Assembly (NCBI GenBank): GCA_049605255.1
Contig: JBMYUJ010000004.1
Coordinates: 1,954 to 65,953 of the forward strand
DNA: 64,000 bases
Source of the DNA: Magnetospiraceae bacterium
GTDB taxonomy: Bacteria; Pseudomonadota; Alphaproteobacteria; Rhodospirillales; JBMYUJ01
Direction: 5' to 3'
Part shown: piece after piece, positions 1-9,806 of the stretch
Position numbering within the stretch: position 1 is the first letter of the stretch
How the letters are laid out: each line of letters starts with the position of its first letter
Made by a program: the position numbers and the translations under genes
Notes under the pieces: model-generated
Databases searched by the model: none
What the model was told of the DNA's origin: nothing
Seen by the model: only the letters and a program-made list of their open reading frames with translations

Positions 1-310
1 TCCTGAAAATTTGCCCCACGCCCCCGGCGGCTCCTGCCGCGACGGTGCCCAGCAGGGTATAGGTGGTGGCACGGCCCAGATGGTAGGGCACAAGGGCACC
101 GCCGGTCAGCCGGTGCCATTCCCCCATGCCAGCGGCGGGGATTGCGCTGAGGCGCGCGCCAACTTGGGCCAACACGAAGGGCCCGCACATTCCGGCGCAA
201 TGGGTGATGCTACCGACCAATCCGGCGAGAAACAAGCTGGCCAGCAGCCCGCTCTCCTGGGTGATCACCACCCGGCATTGGTTCAGGCCATAATCCAACA
301 GCTCAAACAC
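1..310 (-). CDS. Integral membrane protein with HCxxMCGP motif (DsbD_2 / TauE-SafE-like family). This is the N-terminal part only; the gene runs off the window start.
   Basis: Absent from the ORF track because it has no stop inside the window. My minus-strand translation from GTG 310..308 reads VFELLDYGLNQCRVVITQESGLLASLFLAGLVGSITHCAGMCGPFVLAQVGARL...GRATTYTLLGTVAAGAAGG. AAGGAG lies 8 nt upstream (plus-strand ctcctt at 319..324). It is hydrophobic and carries the SxxHCxxMCGP motif typical of this family. Confidence 0.5.
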   Translation of the reverse strand, partial: MFELLDYGLNQCRVVITQESGLLASLFLAGLVGSITHCAGMCGPFVLAQVGARLSAIPAAGMGEWHRLTGGALVPYHLGRATTYTLLGTVAAGAAGGVGQIFR

Positions 311-334
311 GTAAAAAGCTCCTTGCGGCAGGGC

Positions 335-1129
335 TTATATCATGCCCGCGCCGGTCCACCAGGACAGTTTTTCACGTAAATCCACCACCGGGCCGATGAC
401 CATCAGGGCGGGGGGCCGCAGGTCTGAGCTTTCCACATCGGCGATGCAGGTGCCCAAAGTGGTGGTGAGCACTTTTTGAGTCTCCATGGTGGCATTGGCG
501 ACGAAGGCAACGGGTTCCGTCTCTGGCCGCCCCCCGGCCCGCAACGCCGCCACGATCTGGGCCAGGCGCGCCATGGGCATGTAGGCGACGATCACCGGCA
601 CCGCCTTGGCGAGGGCCTGCCAATCCACATCCTCTGGCAAATGGCCGTCGATCCCATGGCCGCTGACCAACGCCACCCCCGTATTCACCCCGCCCATGGT
701 GAGCGGAATCCCCGCATAGGCGAGGCCGCCAACCCCGGCGCTGATCCCCGGAATGATACGGAACGGAATCTTCGCCTCGGCCAGGGCGGCGACTTCCGCT
801 GGGCCGCGCCCGAACACGAAGGGGTCCCCCGCCTTCAGCCGCACCACCCGCGACCCGGTGCGGGCCTTTTCGATCAAGAGGGCGTTGATCTCCGCCTGTG
901 TGGCGGAAGGCCGCCCCCCCTGCTTGCCCATCAAGATGGTTTCCGCCGACAGGGGCGCGAGATAGAGGATATCTTCTGAAACATGGGTATCGTGGATCAC
1001 CACATCCGCCTGGGCCATGCCCTGCGCCGCGTGCAAGGTGAGCAAACCCGGGTCCCCCGGTCCGGCGCCGATCAGCCAAACCGACCCCGGCGCGAACGGA
1101 GGCAGGCTGCCGCTGCTGCTGGGGTTCAC
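335..1129 (-). CDS. cobA: Uroporphyrinogen-III C-methyltransferase (SUMT, CobA/CysG-type)
   Basis: ORF 335..1405 contains [16 protein letters not shown]...[15 protein letters not shown]...IIPGISAG, the tetrapyrrole methylase signatures. The long ORF over-extends into ubiD. GTG 1129..1127 overlaps the ubiD TGA (GTGA) and leaves about 16 aa before the GAGPGD motif. ATG at 1180 is an alternative start. Confidence 0.85.
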   Translation of the reverse strand: MNPSSSGSLPPFAPGSVWLIGAGPGDPGLLTLHAAQGMAQADVVIHDTHVSEDILYLAPLSAETILMGKQGGRPSATQAEINALLIEKARTGSRVVRLKAGDPFVFGRGPAEVAALAEAKIPFRIIPGISAGVGGLAYAGIPLTMGGVNTGVALVSGHGIDGHLPEDVDWQALAKAVPVIVAYMPMARLAQIVAALRAGGRPETEPVAFVANATMETQKVLTTTLGTCIADVESSDLRPPALMVIGPVVDLREKLSWWTGAGMI

Positions 1130-2646
1130 GATCCGCCCCAGATGTCTTTGCCGCTGCCGGGCAGGCCGAGGCGATCCCATTTTTCCGTCACCCGGGTAAC
1201 GATCTCCGTTTCCATGCGAATTTTCTGGCCCCAATCCCGATGGGTTTCCGGGGGCAGCTTGTTGGTGGCATCCAGGCCCATCTTGCCGCCTAGACCGGAT
1301 TCCGGCGAGGCGAAGTCCAGGTAATCGATGGGGGTGTTTTCGATCAGCACCGTATCGCGTACCGGATCCATGCGGGTGGAAATGGCCCAGATGACATCGT
1401 TCCAATCCCGGCAGTTGATATCGTCATCCACGATAATCACGAACTTGGTGTACATGAACTGCCGCAGGAACGACCACACGCCCATCATGATCCGCTTGGC
1501 ATGGCCCGCATAGGCTTTCTTGATGGAAACCACGGCGACCCGATAGGAACATCCTTCCGGCGGCAGCCAGAAATCCACGATCTCGGTGAATTGCTGTTGC
1601 AGCAAGGGAATGAACACCTCGTTCAGCGCCTCGCCCAGCACCGAGGGTTCGTCCGGCGGCCGCCCGGTAAAGGTGGACAGATAGATCGGGTCCTTGCGCA
1701 GGGTGATGGCGGAAATCTCAAATACCGGAAACGGTTCCACCGCATTGTAATAGCCGGTGTGATCGCCATAGGGGCCTTCGTCGGCATATTGATCCAGCAG
1801 CACATGGCCTTCCAACACGATCTCCGCCGTGGCCGGAACCTTTAGGGGAATGGTCTTGCAATCCACCAGGTCCACTTTTTCGCCGCGCAACAATCCGGCG
1901 AACTGATATTCCGACAACGTATCGGGCACGGGGGTGACGGCGGCCAGAATGGTGCCCGGATCGGCGCCCAACACGGCGGCGGCGGGAAACCGGGTCTTGC
2001 CGGTCTTGTCTTTGTACCGGGCCGCATGTTGGGCCCCGCCGCGATGCTTCAACCAGCGCATCAGGGCGGTGTTCTTGCCGGTCACCTGCATGCGGTAGAT
2101 GCCCAGGTTATGGCCATCGCGCTTGTCGTCCCCGGGGCCTTCGGTGACCACCAGCGGCCAGGTGATCAAGGGCGCCGGTTCGCCGGGCCAGCAGGTTTGC
2201 ACCGGCAGCTTGAACAGATCGATATCATCGCCCTTTAAGACCACTTCCTGGCAGGGCGCGCGGCCCGACCGGGTTTTCGGTTTCATGCTGAACACGGTCT
2301 TGACCAGGGGCAACATGCCCATGGCATCGCGCAGCCCTCCCGGCGGTTCCGGCTGTTTCAAAAAGGCCAGGGTTTCGCCCACTTCGCGCAATTGGGAGGG
2401 GTTGCGCTCCATCCCCAGGGCGACCCGTTCCACCGTGCCAAACAGGTTCACCAACACGGGCATGTCGTAGCGCCGGCCATCCTCACCCACCACGTTTTCA
2501 AACAAGACCGCCGGGCCGCCTTCCGCCAGCAGGCGGGTTTGGATTTCCGTCATTTCCAGATGTGGCGACACCGGTTCGGTCACCCGGACCAAACGCCCGG
2601 TGCGCTCCAACTGCTGCATGAAATCCCGAAGCGACTGATAAGGCAT
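1126..2646 (-). CDS. ubiD: UbiD-family decarboxylase (4-hydroxy-3-polyprenylbenzoate decarboxylase)
   Basis: ORF 1126..2844. From the Met at 2646, [36 protein letters not shown]..., it gives about 506 aa with an end-to-end UbiD family look. The upstream 66 codons have no family resemblance. Confidence 0.9.
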   Translation of the reverse strand: MPYQSLRDFMQQLERTGRLVRVTEPVSPHLEMTEIQTRLLAEGGPAVLFENVVGEDGRRYDMPVLVNLFGTVERVALGMERNPSQLREVGETLAFLKQPEPPGGLRDAMGMLPLVKTVFSMKPKTRSGRAPCQEVVLKGDDIDLFKLPVQTCWPGEPAPLITWPLVVTEGPGDDKRDGHNLGIYRMQVTGKNTALMRWLKHRGGAQHAARYKDKTGKTRFPAAAVLGADPGTILAAVTPVPDTLSEYQFAGLLRGEKVDLVDCKTIPLKVPATAEIVLEGHVLLDQYADEGPYGDHTGYYNAVEPFPVFEISAITLRKDPIYLSTFTGRPPDEPSVLGEALNEVFIPLLQQQFTEIVDFWLPPEGCSYRVAVVSIKKAYAGHAKRIMMGVWSFLRQFMYTKFVIIVDDDINCRDWNDVIWAISTRMDPVRDTVLIENTPIDYLDFASPESGLGGKMGLDATNKLPPETHRDWGQKIRMETEIVTRVTEKWDRLGLPGSGKDIWGGS

Positions 2647-2782
2647 CAATGAATCCTTGATTGACCGTAAGGCGGCGTGGTCGCGCACTTTACCGCCCCG
2701 GTTGACGCCAAGGCAATGGCGACGGCACCCTTCACATATCCCTTGTGGGACGCAAGCATGGTAACCGGTTTCATGGTCCCGA

Positions 2783-2806
2783 GATTTCCCGTATATTCGG
2801 GAAATC
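2783..2806. promoter_or_regulatory. Perfect 9-6-9 palindrome GATTTCCCG-tatatt-CGGGAAATC in the ubiD / HD-GYP divergent intergenic region. Candidate operator or 5'-UTR hairpin.
   Basis: Read directly from the sequence. The arms are exact reverse complements, and the site lies about 30 nt upstream of the HD-GYP gene start at 2837. Confidence 0.35.
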
Positions 2807-2836
2807 AGACACCCCGCTTGACGGAGAGCCCTCCCC

Positions 2837-5752
2837 GTGACCACGCCGATGCCCGCAGATACACCGTCCCTCGATTGCCGGGACCTGATTCAAACCGGCA
2901 TTGATCTCGCTGGGGAGCGGGACCTCGTCCGTTTGCAAATCCGATTGGTGACGGCGGCGGCCGAGATCGCACAGGCTGCGGGCGGCATTCTCTATATGTG
3001 GGACGACGCCGAGCGGTTGGTGCCCCAGACGTTGCATTTCCCCGATCTCGACCTGCCCGCCAAAAGCGAAGGCGCCGCCGCCCTTTGTACCGCGCTCGCA
3101 GGCATCGTGCCCGTTGTGGATCGCTCCGGCGTCGGGGCCGCCGATTGGCTGCCCGCCCAGGCCATCGCCCAGCGCGATACCCTTCAGGTGCCCACTTTGC
3201 AAGGGCAAAGCGGCGCGGCGGATATCGCCGCGTTCGACCGGGATACGTTGTTCCAAAGCGGTGCTGGGGTGGTCATTCCCCTATCCCTGGGGCCGCGCAG
3301 CCTGGGCTCGCTGCTGCTGATCCGGTCTGTGGAGGCCGGGGCGTTCGCGGCGCAGCCCGTGGCGTATGCCGCCTTGTTGGTGGCGCAGGCCGCCGGGCAT
3401 ATCAATTCCCTGCAAATGTATCGGCGCATGGTGACCACCAGCAGCGCGCTGATGGCGGAGCGGGACCCCCAAGCCCTGCTGGAACGAATCATCGTCGAGG
3501 CAAAATATCTTTCCGCCGCCGATGGGGCGTTGCTGTTCCTGCGCACGCCGGACAACGACTTGGATGCGGCGCTTATCGAAATCGATTCCAAGGGCTTGCG
3601 CCAGGATGGTCACACCAAGGAGACATCCGCGCTGCGCCCCGTGCACCTGTTCGATCCGCAAACCGGCGCACCGAACCGGGGCACCTATGCCAGCTTGGCG
3701 GCCCTGGATCAGAAAACCATCAAGATCGGCGATGTGCACTTGGAGCAAACCGATGCGGCGGCGGCTGTCGGTCAGTTCGATAAAGCTATGGCGTATCAGA
3801 CCCAGTCCATCCTGGCCGTGCCCATGGTAGACCGGCGGCGGGAAACCCTGGGGGTGCTCTATCTGGTCAACGCGCGGGATATAATGTCGGACGAGATCGT
3901 TTCCTTTGGCGATGATGTCTCGGTGATGATCGAAACCCTGGCGCGGCAGGCAGCCGAAGCCCTGGATAATCAGGCGGTGTATCGGGAGCTGGTGGAAACC
4001 GGCATTTCCCTATCGGCGGAGTTGGATCACGATTTGCTGCTGGAGAAGATCCTCCTGGAAGCCAAGGAGATCTGCCATGCGGAAGGCGGCTCCCTGTATC
4101 TGATTACGGAAGACGAACGCCTGGAATTTTCCATCGTTCATAACGACCATCTGAAAATCGCCATGGGTGGTAAGACCGGCCAGCCCATCACCCTGCCGGC
4201 GCTGCGGCTCTATGACGACGAAGGCAACGAGAACCATAATGCGGTGGCGACCCATGTGGCCTTGTCTGGCGAAACGGTGAATATTCAGGACGCCTACGAG
4301 GTGGAGGATTACGATTTTTCCGGCGCCAAGAAATTTGATGAAAGCCAGGGGTATCGGTCAAAATCCTTCCTCACCGTGCCCTTGAAGGACCGGGATAATC
4401 AGGTGATCGGCGTGCTGCAATTGATCAACGCACGCGATTGGGTGACGGAGGAAATCGTCCCCTTCAATGCCCAGGTCCAGCCGTTGGTGGAATCCCTGGC
4501 CTCCCAGGCCGCCGTCGCCTTGAACAACCAGCAACTGATGCAGGCGCAAAAGGATTTGCTGGTCTCTTTCATCCAGTTGATCGCGGGCGCCATCGACGCC
4601 AAGTCCCCCTATACCGGGGGCCATTGCCAGCGGGTGCCGGAACTCACCATGATGCTGACCAAGGCGGCCGTGAAGTCCGAAGCTGCGCCCTTCGCTGATT
4701 TCGACCTGAATGCGGATGAACTCTACGAGCTGCAGATCGCCGGGCTGCTGCATGACTGCGGCAAGGTCACCACGCCGGAATATGTGGTGGATAAGGCGAC
4801 CAAGCTGGAAACCATCTATAACCGCCTGCACGAGGTCCGCACCCGGTTCGAGGTCTGCAAGCGCGAAGCGGAAATCACCTATTACAAGGGTTTGGCCGAG
4901 GGGGGCGATGCCGCCGCCCTGAAACAAACTTTGGATGCGGAACTCACCGCCCTGGATGACGATTACGCCTTCGTTGCCGAATGCAATATCGGCGGCGAGT
5001 TCATGGACGATGGCAAGCTGGAACGGTTGGCGCAGATCGCCGCCCGCACCTGGACACGCACCCTGCCCGCCCGTATCGGTTTGTCCCAATCCGAAGAAAC
5101 CGATCTGTGCGCCGCGCTGGGCATCGCCGCCGCCGATTGGGCGCAAGCGCGGGATACGGAAGCCCTGCCGGTGACCGAACCGCTGCTGTATGACGCCGAC
5201 CATCACATCACCCGGCGCAACGCGGCGGAGCTGGGGAAGGTCTATGCCCAATACGGGATCAAGATGGATATCCCCGAACATGCCTTTAACCGGGGGGAGC
5301 TTTATAACCTTTCCATCCGGCGCGGCACCCTGACCGAGGAAGAACGGTTCAAGATCAACGACCATATCATTCAGACCATCATCATGCTGAACCATTTGCC
5401 GTTCCCGCGAACGCTCCGCCGGGTGCCGGAATATGCGGGCGGGCATCATGAGAAGATGGATGGTACCGGCTATCCCCGGCGGTTGATGAAGGAGGAGATG
5501 TCCCTGCCCGCGCGGGTCATGGCCATCGCCGATATCTTCGAGGCGTTGACCGCCAATGACCGGCCCTACAAGCCGCCGAAGACCCTGAGTCAGGCACTGA
5601 AGATCATGTCCTTCATGGTCAAGGATGCGCATATCGATCCAGACCTGTTCCAACTGTTCCTGGAATCCGGGGTCTATAAGGAATATGGCGACGCCTTCCT
5701 GGATCCGTCTCAGGTCGATGAGGTGGATGTCAGCCAGTATCTTGCCCATTGA
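2837..5752 (+). CDS. Multi-GAF-domain HD-GYP phosphohydrolase (probable c-di-GMP phosphodiesterase)
   Basis: 971-aa ORF. The C-terminus has HD (LLHDCGK) and [11 protein letters not shown] motifs, which define an HD-GYP domain. The N-terminal ~570 aa contain three repeats of a GAF-like pattern (e.g. GALLFLRTP..., [10 protein letters not shown]..., [10 protein letters not shown] / [10 protein letters not shown]). The start is GTG 2837 or ATG 2849. Confidence 0.85.
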   Translation: MTTPMPADTPSLDCRDLIQTGIDLAGERDLVRLQIRLVTAAAEIAQAAGGILYMWDDAERLVPQTLHFPDLDLPAKSEGAAALCTALAGIVPVVDRSGVGAADWLPAQAIAQRDTLQVPTLQGQSGAADIAAFDRDTLFQSGAGVVIPLSLGPRSLGSLLLIRSVEAGAFAAQPVAYAALLVAQAAGHINSLQMYRRMVTTSSALMAERDPQALLERIIVEAKYLSAADGALLFLRTPDNDLDAALIEIDSKGLRQDGHTKETSALRPVHLFDPQTGAPNRGTYASLAALDQKTIKIGDVHLEQTDAAAAVGQFDKAMAYQTQSILAVPMVDRRRETLGVLYLVNARDIMSDEIVSFGDDVSVMIETLARQAAEALDNQAVYRELVETGISLSAELDHDLLLEKILLEAKEICHAEGGSLYLITEDERLEFSIVHNDHLKIAMGGKTGQPITLPALRLYDDEGNENHNAVATHVALSGETVNIQDAYEVEDYDFSGAKKFDESQGYRSKSFLTVPLKDRDNQVIGVLQLINARDWVTEEIVPFNAQVQPLVESLASQAAVALNNQQLMQAQKDLLVSFIQLIAGAIDAKSPYTGGHCQRVPELTMMLTKAAVKSEAAPFADFDLNADELYELQIAGLLHDCGKVTTPEYVVDKATKLETIYNRLHEVRTRFEVCKREAEITYYKGLAEGGDAAALKQTLDAELTALDDDYAFVAECNIGGEFMDDGKLERLAQIAARTWTRTLPARIGLSQSEETDLCAALGIAAADWAQARDTEALPVTEPLLYDADHHITRRNAAELGKVYAQYGIKMDIPEHAFNRGELYNLSIRRGTLTEEERFKINDHIIQTIIMLNHLPFPRTLRRVPEYAGGHHEKMDGTGYPRRLMKEEMSLPARVMAIADIFEALTANDRPYKPPKTLSQALKIMSFMVKDAHIDPDLFQLFLESGVYKEYGDAFLDPSQVDEVDVSQYLAH

Positions 5753-6479
5753 CGATCTAGAGGGCGCGCCGGCGCCGGTGCACCATGCGCTCGATTATCC
5801 CTTCGCCATCCCAAACGGGTCTTATCTGTTTACAGGCGGAAAGGCAGTGGCGCTGGACGTGGCAGATTGGTCGGTGCCGGAAGATCGCCATGCGGTGATC
5901 GCCACCGGGTCCAACCGGTCGCCCGATCAACTGGCCCGCAAGGCGGAACGCTGGGGCGATCTGGGGGAGATCCCCGTTATTGCCGCCACGCTTGCAGACC
6001 ATGATGTGGTCTATTCCGCGCATTTTTCCCGCTATGGATCGATTCCCGCCACCCTGCACCCGGTGCCGAAGGTGCGGGCAGACGTGGCGGTGATGTTCCT
6101 GGATGAACGGCAGTTGGCCATCCTGGACCGGTCGGAGGCGGTGGGCATCAACTATGCGCGTCTGGCCCTGACCGGGTTGGACCTTCGCCTCGCGAGCGGC
6201 CAATGCCTGCCCCGTGCCGAGGCCTATGTGAGCCTGCGCGGTGCCTTGGCGGGCGCGGCGGATGCGCCAATTCCCCTGGCGGCGGTGCCCGCCACGGGGC
6301 GGGTGCAAGACCCACGGGACCAGCAACAGGTGCAATCTTTCGCCCGAGACCGTCTCGCGCCACACTCCCCCCTTGCGGCGTTTATCGCGGAAGGGATAGA
6401 AGACGGTATCTTGCGCCAGCGCCGGACCGAGGCCCTGGCTGCCGGTGCCCTTCTCTTCCCCTGGAATCCCACCCCGTGA
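5727..6479 (+). CDS. Hypothetical protein, possibly with a gamma-glutamylcyclotransferase-like fold
   Basis: Part of ORF 5625..6479, downstream of the HD-GYP stop. The start is uncertain (ATG 5718, ATG 5727 or TTG 5742). Its stop overlaps the next gene's GTG (GTGA at 6476..6479). The GGCT-like assignment is a weak resemblance from memory only. Confidence 0.5.
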   Translation: MSASILPIDDLEGAPAPVHHALDYPFAIPNGSYLFTGGKAVALDVADWSVPEDRHAVIATGSNRSPDQLARKAERWGDLGEIPVIAATLADHDVVYSAHFSRYGSIPATLHPVPKVRADVAVMFLDERQLAILDRSEAVGINYARLALTGLDLRLASGQCLPRAEAYVSLRGALAGAADAPIPLAAVPATGRVQDPRDQQQVQSFARDRLAPHSPLAAFIAEGIEDGILRQRRTEALAAGALLFPWNPTP

Positions 6480-7387
6480 AACGCCTGCTCGATCATCCCG
6501 TAACCCCCTATCTGTTTATCGCCCTGGCCGTGCTTTTCTGGTCGGGGAATGCGGTGGTGGGCCGGGGTAGCGTCGGGCTGGTGCCGCCCATCGCGCTTTC
6601 TTTCTGGCGGTGGACCGGGGCGCTCCTGATCATGCTGCCCATCGCCGGGCCGGATTTGATCCGAAGCTGGCCGGTTTTGCGCCAGAATCTGGGTTGGACC
6701 CTTGTTCTCTCCCTGCTCGGCGTCGTGTTCTTTAATACGCTTCTTTATCTCGGCTTACAGCATACCCAGGCGGTGAACGCTTCTTTGCTGACGGCCGGCC
6801 TGCCCGCCATGGTCATCGGCCTTTCCTGGTTGGTCTACCGGGTGCGGGTGACCGGTCGTCAGGGTATCGGCATTTTCCTGTCAATCGTTGGGGTCAGTAT
6901 CGTGGTCTTGCGCGGGGATGTCGGGCAGCTCGCCACCCTCAGCCTCAACAAAGGCGATGTGATCATCCTGGTGGCGGTGCTGGATTGGGCGATCTATTCC
7001 ATGCTGTTGCAGCGCTACCGCCCGCTGGGCCTGAGCGGGCCCGTATTCCTGCTCGCGACCATTATCCTGGCGGTGCCGATTATCGGCTTGCTTTATCTGT
7101 GGGAACTCAGCACCGGCCCGCAGATTGTCATGACCTGGCAGAGCTTCGCCGCCATCGGCTATGCCGCCGTCTTTCCCTCGGTGCTGTCCTACCTGTTCTA
7201 TAACCAGGGCTTGCGCATGACCGATGCCAACGCGGCGGGGGTCATGCTCAACGTCAACCCTGTATTCGCGGTGATCCTGGCGATCATCTTCTTGGGCGAG
7301 GAGCTGTTCCTGTTCCACGGCATCGGGATCGTGGTGATCTTCTCCGGCCTGTGGATGGCCCTGCGCAAGGGCAAGGCGAAAAATTAG
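6476..7387 (+). CDS. EamA/DMT-family transporter (10-TM permease)
   Basis: ORF 6203..7387. The family-like part starts at VKRLLDHPVTPYLFIALAVLFWSGNAVVGR and is about 300 aa, highly hydrophobic, with the two-EamA-repeat look. GTG 6476 overlaps the upstream TGA. Confidence 0.8.
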   Translation: MKRLLDHPVTPYLFIALAVLFWSGNAVVGRGSVGLVPPIALSFWRWTGALLIMLPIAGPDLIRSWPVLRQNLGWTLVLSLLGVVFFNTLLYLGLQHTQAVNASLLTAGLPAMVIGLSWLVYRVRVTGRQGIGIFLSIVGVSIVVLRGDVGQLATLSLNKGDVIILVAVLDWAIYSMLLQRYRPLGLSGPVFLLATIILAVPIIGLLYLWELSTGPQIVMTWQSFAAIGYAAVFPSVLSYLFYNQGLRMTDANAAGVMLNVNPVFAVILAIIFLGEELFLFHGIGIVVIFSGLWMALRKGKAKN

Positions 7388-8025
7388 CCGACCCGGTAGA
7401 GGGTGGTGACCCGCTTTTCCTGATCTTCCAGCTCCAGGCTGGTAGGCACCGTATAGGTGACGAGCGGGGTGATCTCCGTATCCGGGGCGTAGGCGCGGCC
7501 CGGATCGGCGAGCCAGACTTCGGCGCCGGATTGGGCCAGCTCCTGCAGCCAGGCCTTGACCCGCCCCGCCAGGGGTTGCTCATAGCAGATATCCCCCGCC
7601 AGCACCAAATCCCAACCGGGGTTTTCCGCGCCCACCAAATCCTGCCCATGGGTTTCCACGGATACCCCATTCAGGGCGCCGTTCAAGGCAATGGCGGTCA
7701 TGGCCATGGGGTCCACATCGTTGACCAGCACGTAATAAGCCCCGGCCTTGGCGGCGGCGAATCCGGCGATGCCACAGCCACTGGCGAAATCCAGCACCCG
7801 CTTGCCCGCCACCTGATCGGGATTATCCAGAATATAGCGGGCCAGCGCCTGCCCCCCCGGCCAGCAGAAGGCCCAGAACGGCGGCTCGCAGACGCGCTGC
7901 AGCTCGACCTCGGTCGCCTTCCAGATGGGGGCGATTTCTGTTGCCAAATGGAACCGCAGCTCCGGCACCAGGGGTGGGCTGTCGATGGCTGTATTGTCGC
8001 GGATGAAGGCTTCGCCGCGGCTCAC
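7384..8025 (-). CDS. Class I SAM-dependent methyltransferase (COG3897-like, resembling METTL20/ETF-beta lysine methyltransferase)
   Basis: ORF 7384..8103. The motif RVLDFASGCGIAGFAAAKAGA is a SAM-binding GxGxG-type loop, preceded by FWAFCWPGGQALARYILD. GTG 8025..8023 overlaps the ubiA TGA (GTGA). The 3' end overlaps the convergent EamA gene by 4 nt. Confidence 0.7.
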   Translation of the reverse strand: MSRGEAFIRDNTAIDSPPLVPELRFHLATEIAPIWKATEVELQRVCEPPFWAFCWPGGQALARYILDNPDQVAGKRVLDFASGCGIAGFAAAKAGAYYVLVNDVDPMAMTAIALNGALNGVSVETHGQDLVGAENPGWDLVLAGDICYEQPLAGRVKAWLQELAQSGAEVWLADPGRAYAPDTEITPLVTYTVPTSLELEDQEKRVTTLYRVG

Positions 8026-8951
8026 CGGGCGGCCTGCCCGGCCAGCAGGGTCAGCAATAAAATCCAGCCGAAATCCCGATTGGATTTGAACATGCGCAGG
8101 CAATCCTTGGGGTCATCCAGATCCACCCCATTGGCCTGCCGGTACAGATGCGCCCCCGCCAGGGCCAAACCGAAGACCGTGAACCAGGGCAGGCCCGCCG
8201 TCCAACAGGCGAGCCCGATCAGTGTCAACGCCAAGCCATAGAACCCATAAAGGAACGGGCGGGTATACGACCCCAGGCGCAGGGCGGTGGATTTCACGCC
8301 AACGAACAGATCGTCTTCCTTATCCTGATGGGCGTAGACCGTATCATAACCCAGGGTCCAGAACAGCCCTGCCACATACAGCGCAAGGGCAGGGAGACCT
8401 ACCGATCCCTGGATCGCGGCCCAGCCGAGCAGGGCGCCCCAGTTGAAGGTCAACCCCAGCACCACCTGGGGCCAATAGGTCACCCGCTTGGCGAAGGGAT
8501 AGATCGCCACCAGTCCGAGGGAGGCGGCGCCCAAAAGAATGGCAAACAGGTTGAACTGCACCAGAATCAGCAGACCCACCAGCAGCTGCAATACCAGGAA
8601 GATCAATGCTTCCTTCAGGCTGACCGCGCCGCTGGGCAGGGGCCGGTTGGCGGTGCGGGCCACTTTGCCGTCAAATTCCCGATCCGCGATGTCGTTGACC
8701 GTGCAGCCCGCGCCGCGCATCACCAGGGCGCCAACGCCGAACAGCGCCGCGTACCACAGCCAGCGCCCGTCCGGCCAGCCGGGGTTGGCCAGCGCCAGAC
8801 TCCACCAGCAGGGAAACAGCAACAGCCAGGTGCCGATGGGCCGGTCCAGGCGCATCAACCGCAGGAAGGGCCGCGTATAGGCCGGGGCCCAACGGTCAAT
8901 CCAGGACCCTTGGGGGATATCGCTCGGGGACGTATCGAGTATGCCGCTCAT
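8022..8951 (-). CDS. ubiA: 4-hydroxybenzoate polyprenyltransferase (UbiA family)
   Basis: ORF 8022..9599 over-extends. From ATG 8951 (MSGILDTSPSDIPQGSWIDRW...RLDRPIGTWLLLFPCWW...NDIADREFD...YAHQDKEDD) it gives 309 aa with both UbiA Asp-rich motifs. AGGAGG lies just upstream (plus-strand cccctcct at 8952..8959). Confidence 0.9.
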   Translation of the reverse strand: MSGILDTSPSDIPQGSWIDRWAPAYTRPFLRLMRLDRPIGTWLLLFPCWWSLALANPGWPDGRWLWYAALFGVGALVMRGAGCTVNDIADREFDGKVARTANRPLPSGAVSLKEALIFLVLQLLVGLLILVQFNLFAILLGAASLGLVAIYPFAKRVTYWPQVVLGLTFNWGALLGWAAIQGSVGLPALALYVAGLFWTLGYDTVYAHQDKEDDLFVGVKSTALRLGSYTRPFLYGFYGLALTLIGLACWTAGLPWFTVFGLALAGAHLYRQANGVDLDDPKDCLRMFKSNRDFGWILLLTLLAGQAAR

Positions 8952-9017
8952 GCCCCTCCTATAGCGCGATTCGCTGCCGCCGTGCAAAGGTGGATGCGTC
9001 CCCCTTGGCAAAGCCTT

Positions 9018-9791
9018 ATGATCGGCGCCATGTCGACCTTGCCCCCCCCGCTCCGGATTTTTGTTGCCGAGGATTTGGCCCCCGGTGCCGTCGTCCCGCT
9101 GCCGCCGGACAAGGCGCACCATCTGCGGGCGGTGATGCGCCGCGGCGTGGGCGACCCGGTGCGTCTGTTCAACGGGCGGCATGGGGAATGGGATGGCATG
9201 ATCCAGGCCCTCGATAAAAAAACCGCGCTGGCCCAGGTGCGGGGGCAATATCGCCCGCAGGAAACCACCGCCGACCCCTGGCTGCTGTTTGCGCCATTGA
9301 AGAAAGACGCCACGGATTTTCTGGTGGAGAAAGCCACCGAACTGGGCGTGGCCCGGCTGGTCCCGGTGCTGACCGATCATACAGTCACCCGCCGGGTCAA
9401 TGTGGCGCGGCTGGCGGCCACCGCCCGGGGCGCCGCCGAACAATGCGAACGGCTCTCCGTCCCCACCATCGACGCGCCGATTTCCCTGGCGGCGGCGTTG
9501 CGCGATTGGCCCAAAGACCGCACCTTGATCGTCGGTGATGAGCATGGAAATGCACAACCGCTCGCGACTGCCTTGCGGGAAGGCCCCTGTCACCCCCATA
9601 TTGGCCTATTGGTGGGCCCGGAAGGCGGGTTTTCCACATCGGAGCTTACCGCCCCGAGGGCCCTGCCTTTTGTTTTGCCAGTGACCTTGGGTCCGCGTAT
9701 CTTGAGGGCGGAAACCGCCGCCATTGCCGCGCTTGCCGTTTGGCAGGCCATCGCCGGAGATGCGAACCGGCCACCAGCCCCACGGGGTTAA
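9018..9791 (+). CDS. rsmE: 16S rRNA (uracil1498-N3)-methyltransferase
   Basis: C-terminal ~257 aa of ORF 8148..9791: LRIFVAEDLAPGAVVPLPPDKAHHLRAVMRRGVGDPVRLFNGRHGEW...LLVGPEGGFSTSEL...LGPRILRAETAAIAALA, the RsmE SPOUT signature. The start is ATG 9018 or 9030. Confidence 0.85.
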   Translation: MIGAMSTLPPPLRIFVAEDLAPGAVVPLPPDKAHHLRAVMRRGVGDPVRLFNGRHGEWDGMIQALDKKTALAQVRGQYRPQETTADPWLLFAPLKKDATDFLVEKATELGVARLVPVLTDHTVTRRVNVARLAATARGAAEQCERLSVPTIDAPISLAAALRDWPKDRTLIVGDEHGNAQPLATALREGPCHPHIGLLVGPEGGFSTSELTAPRALPFVLPVTLGPRILRAETAAIAALAVWQAIAGDANRPPAPRG

Positions 9792-9806
9792 CAGGGAATA
9801 AAAACA

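Noticed and set aside
11-379. 122-aa plus-strand ORF at the window start
   Set aside because: It is Gly/Ala/Gln-rich with no recognisable family. It lies antisense to a much more convincing minus-strand membrane-protein frame (HCxxMCGP motif, SD plus GTG at 310).
4358-5749. 463-aa minus-strand ORF antisense to the HD-GYP gene
   Set aside because: A typical high-GC antisense open frame: stop-poor, rich in Arg, Gly, Pro, Gln and His, with no domain signature. The plus strand carries unmistakable HD-GYP motifs.
8148-9017. Long N-terminal extensions in the ORF track. Examples are rsmE from 8148, recX from 43043, the FAD oxidoreductase from 47943, fdsA from 51563, EamA from 6203 and ubiA from 9599.
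   Set aside because: The extensions run antisense through neighbouring genes and lack any family similarity. Conserved N-termini, SD sequences or stop/start overlaps support the shorter starts given in the features.
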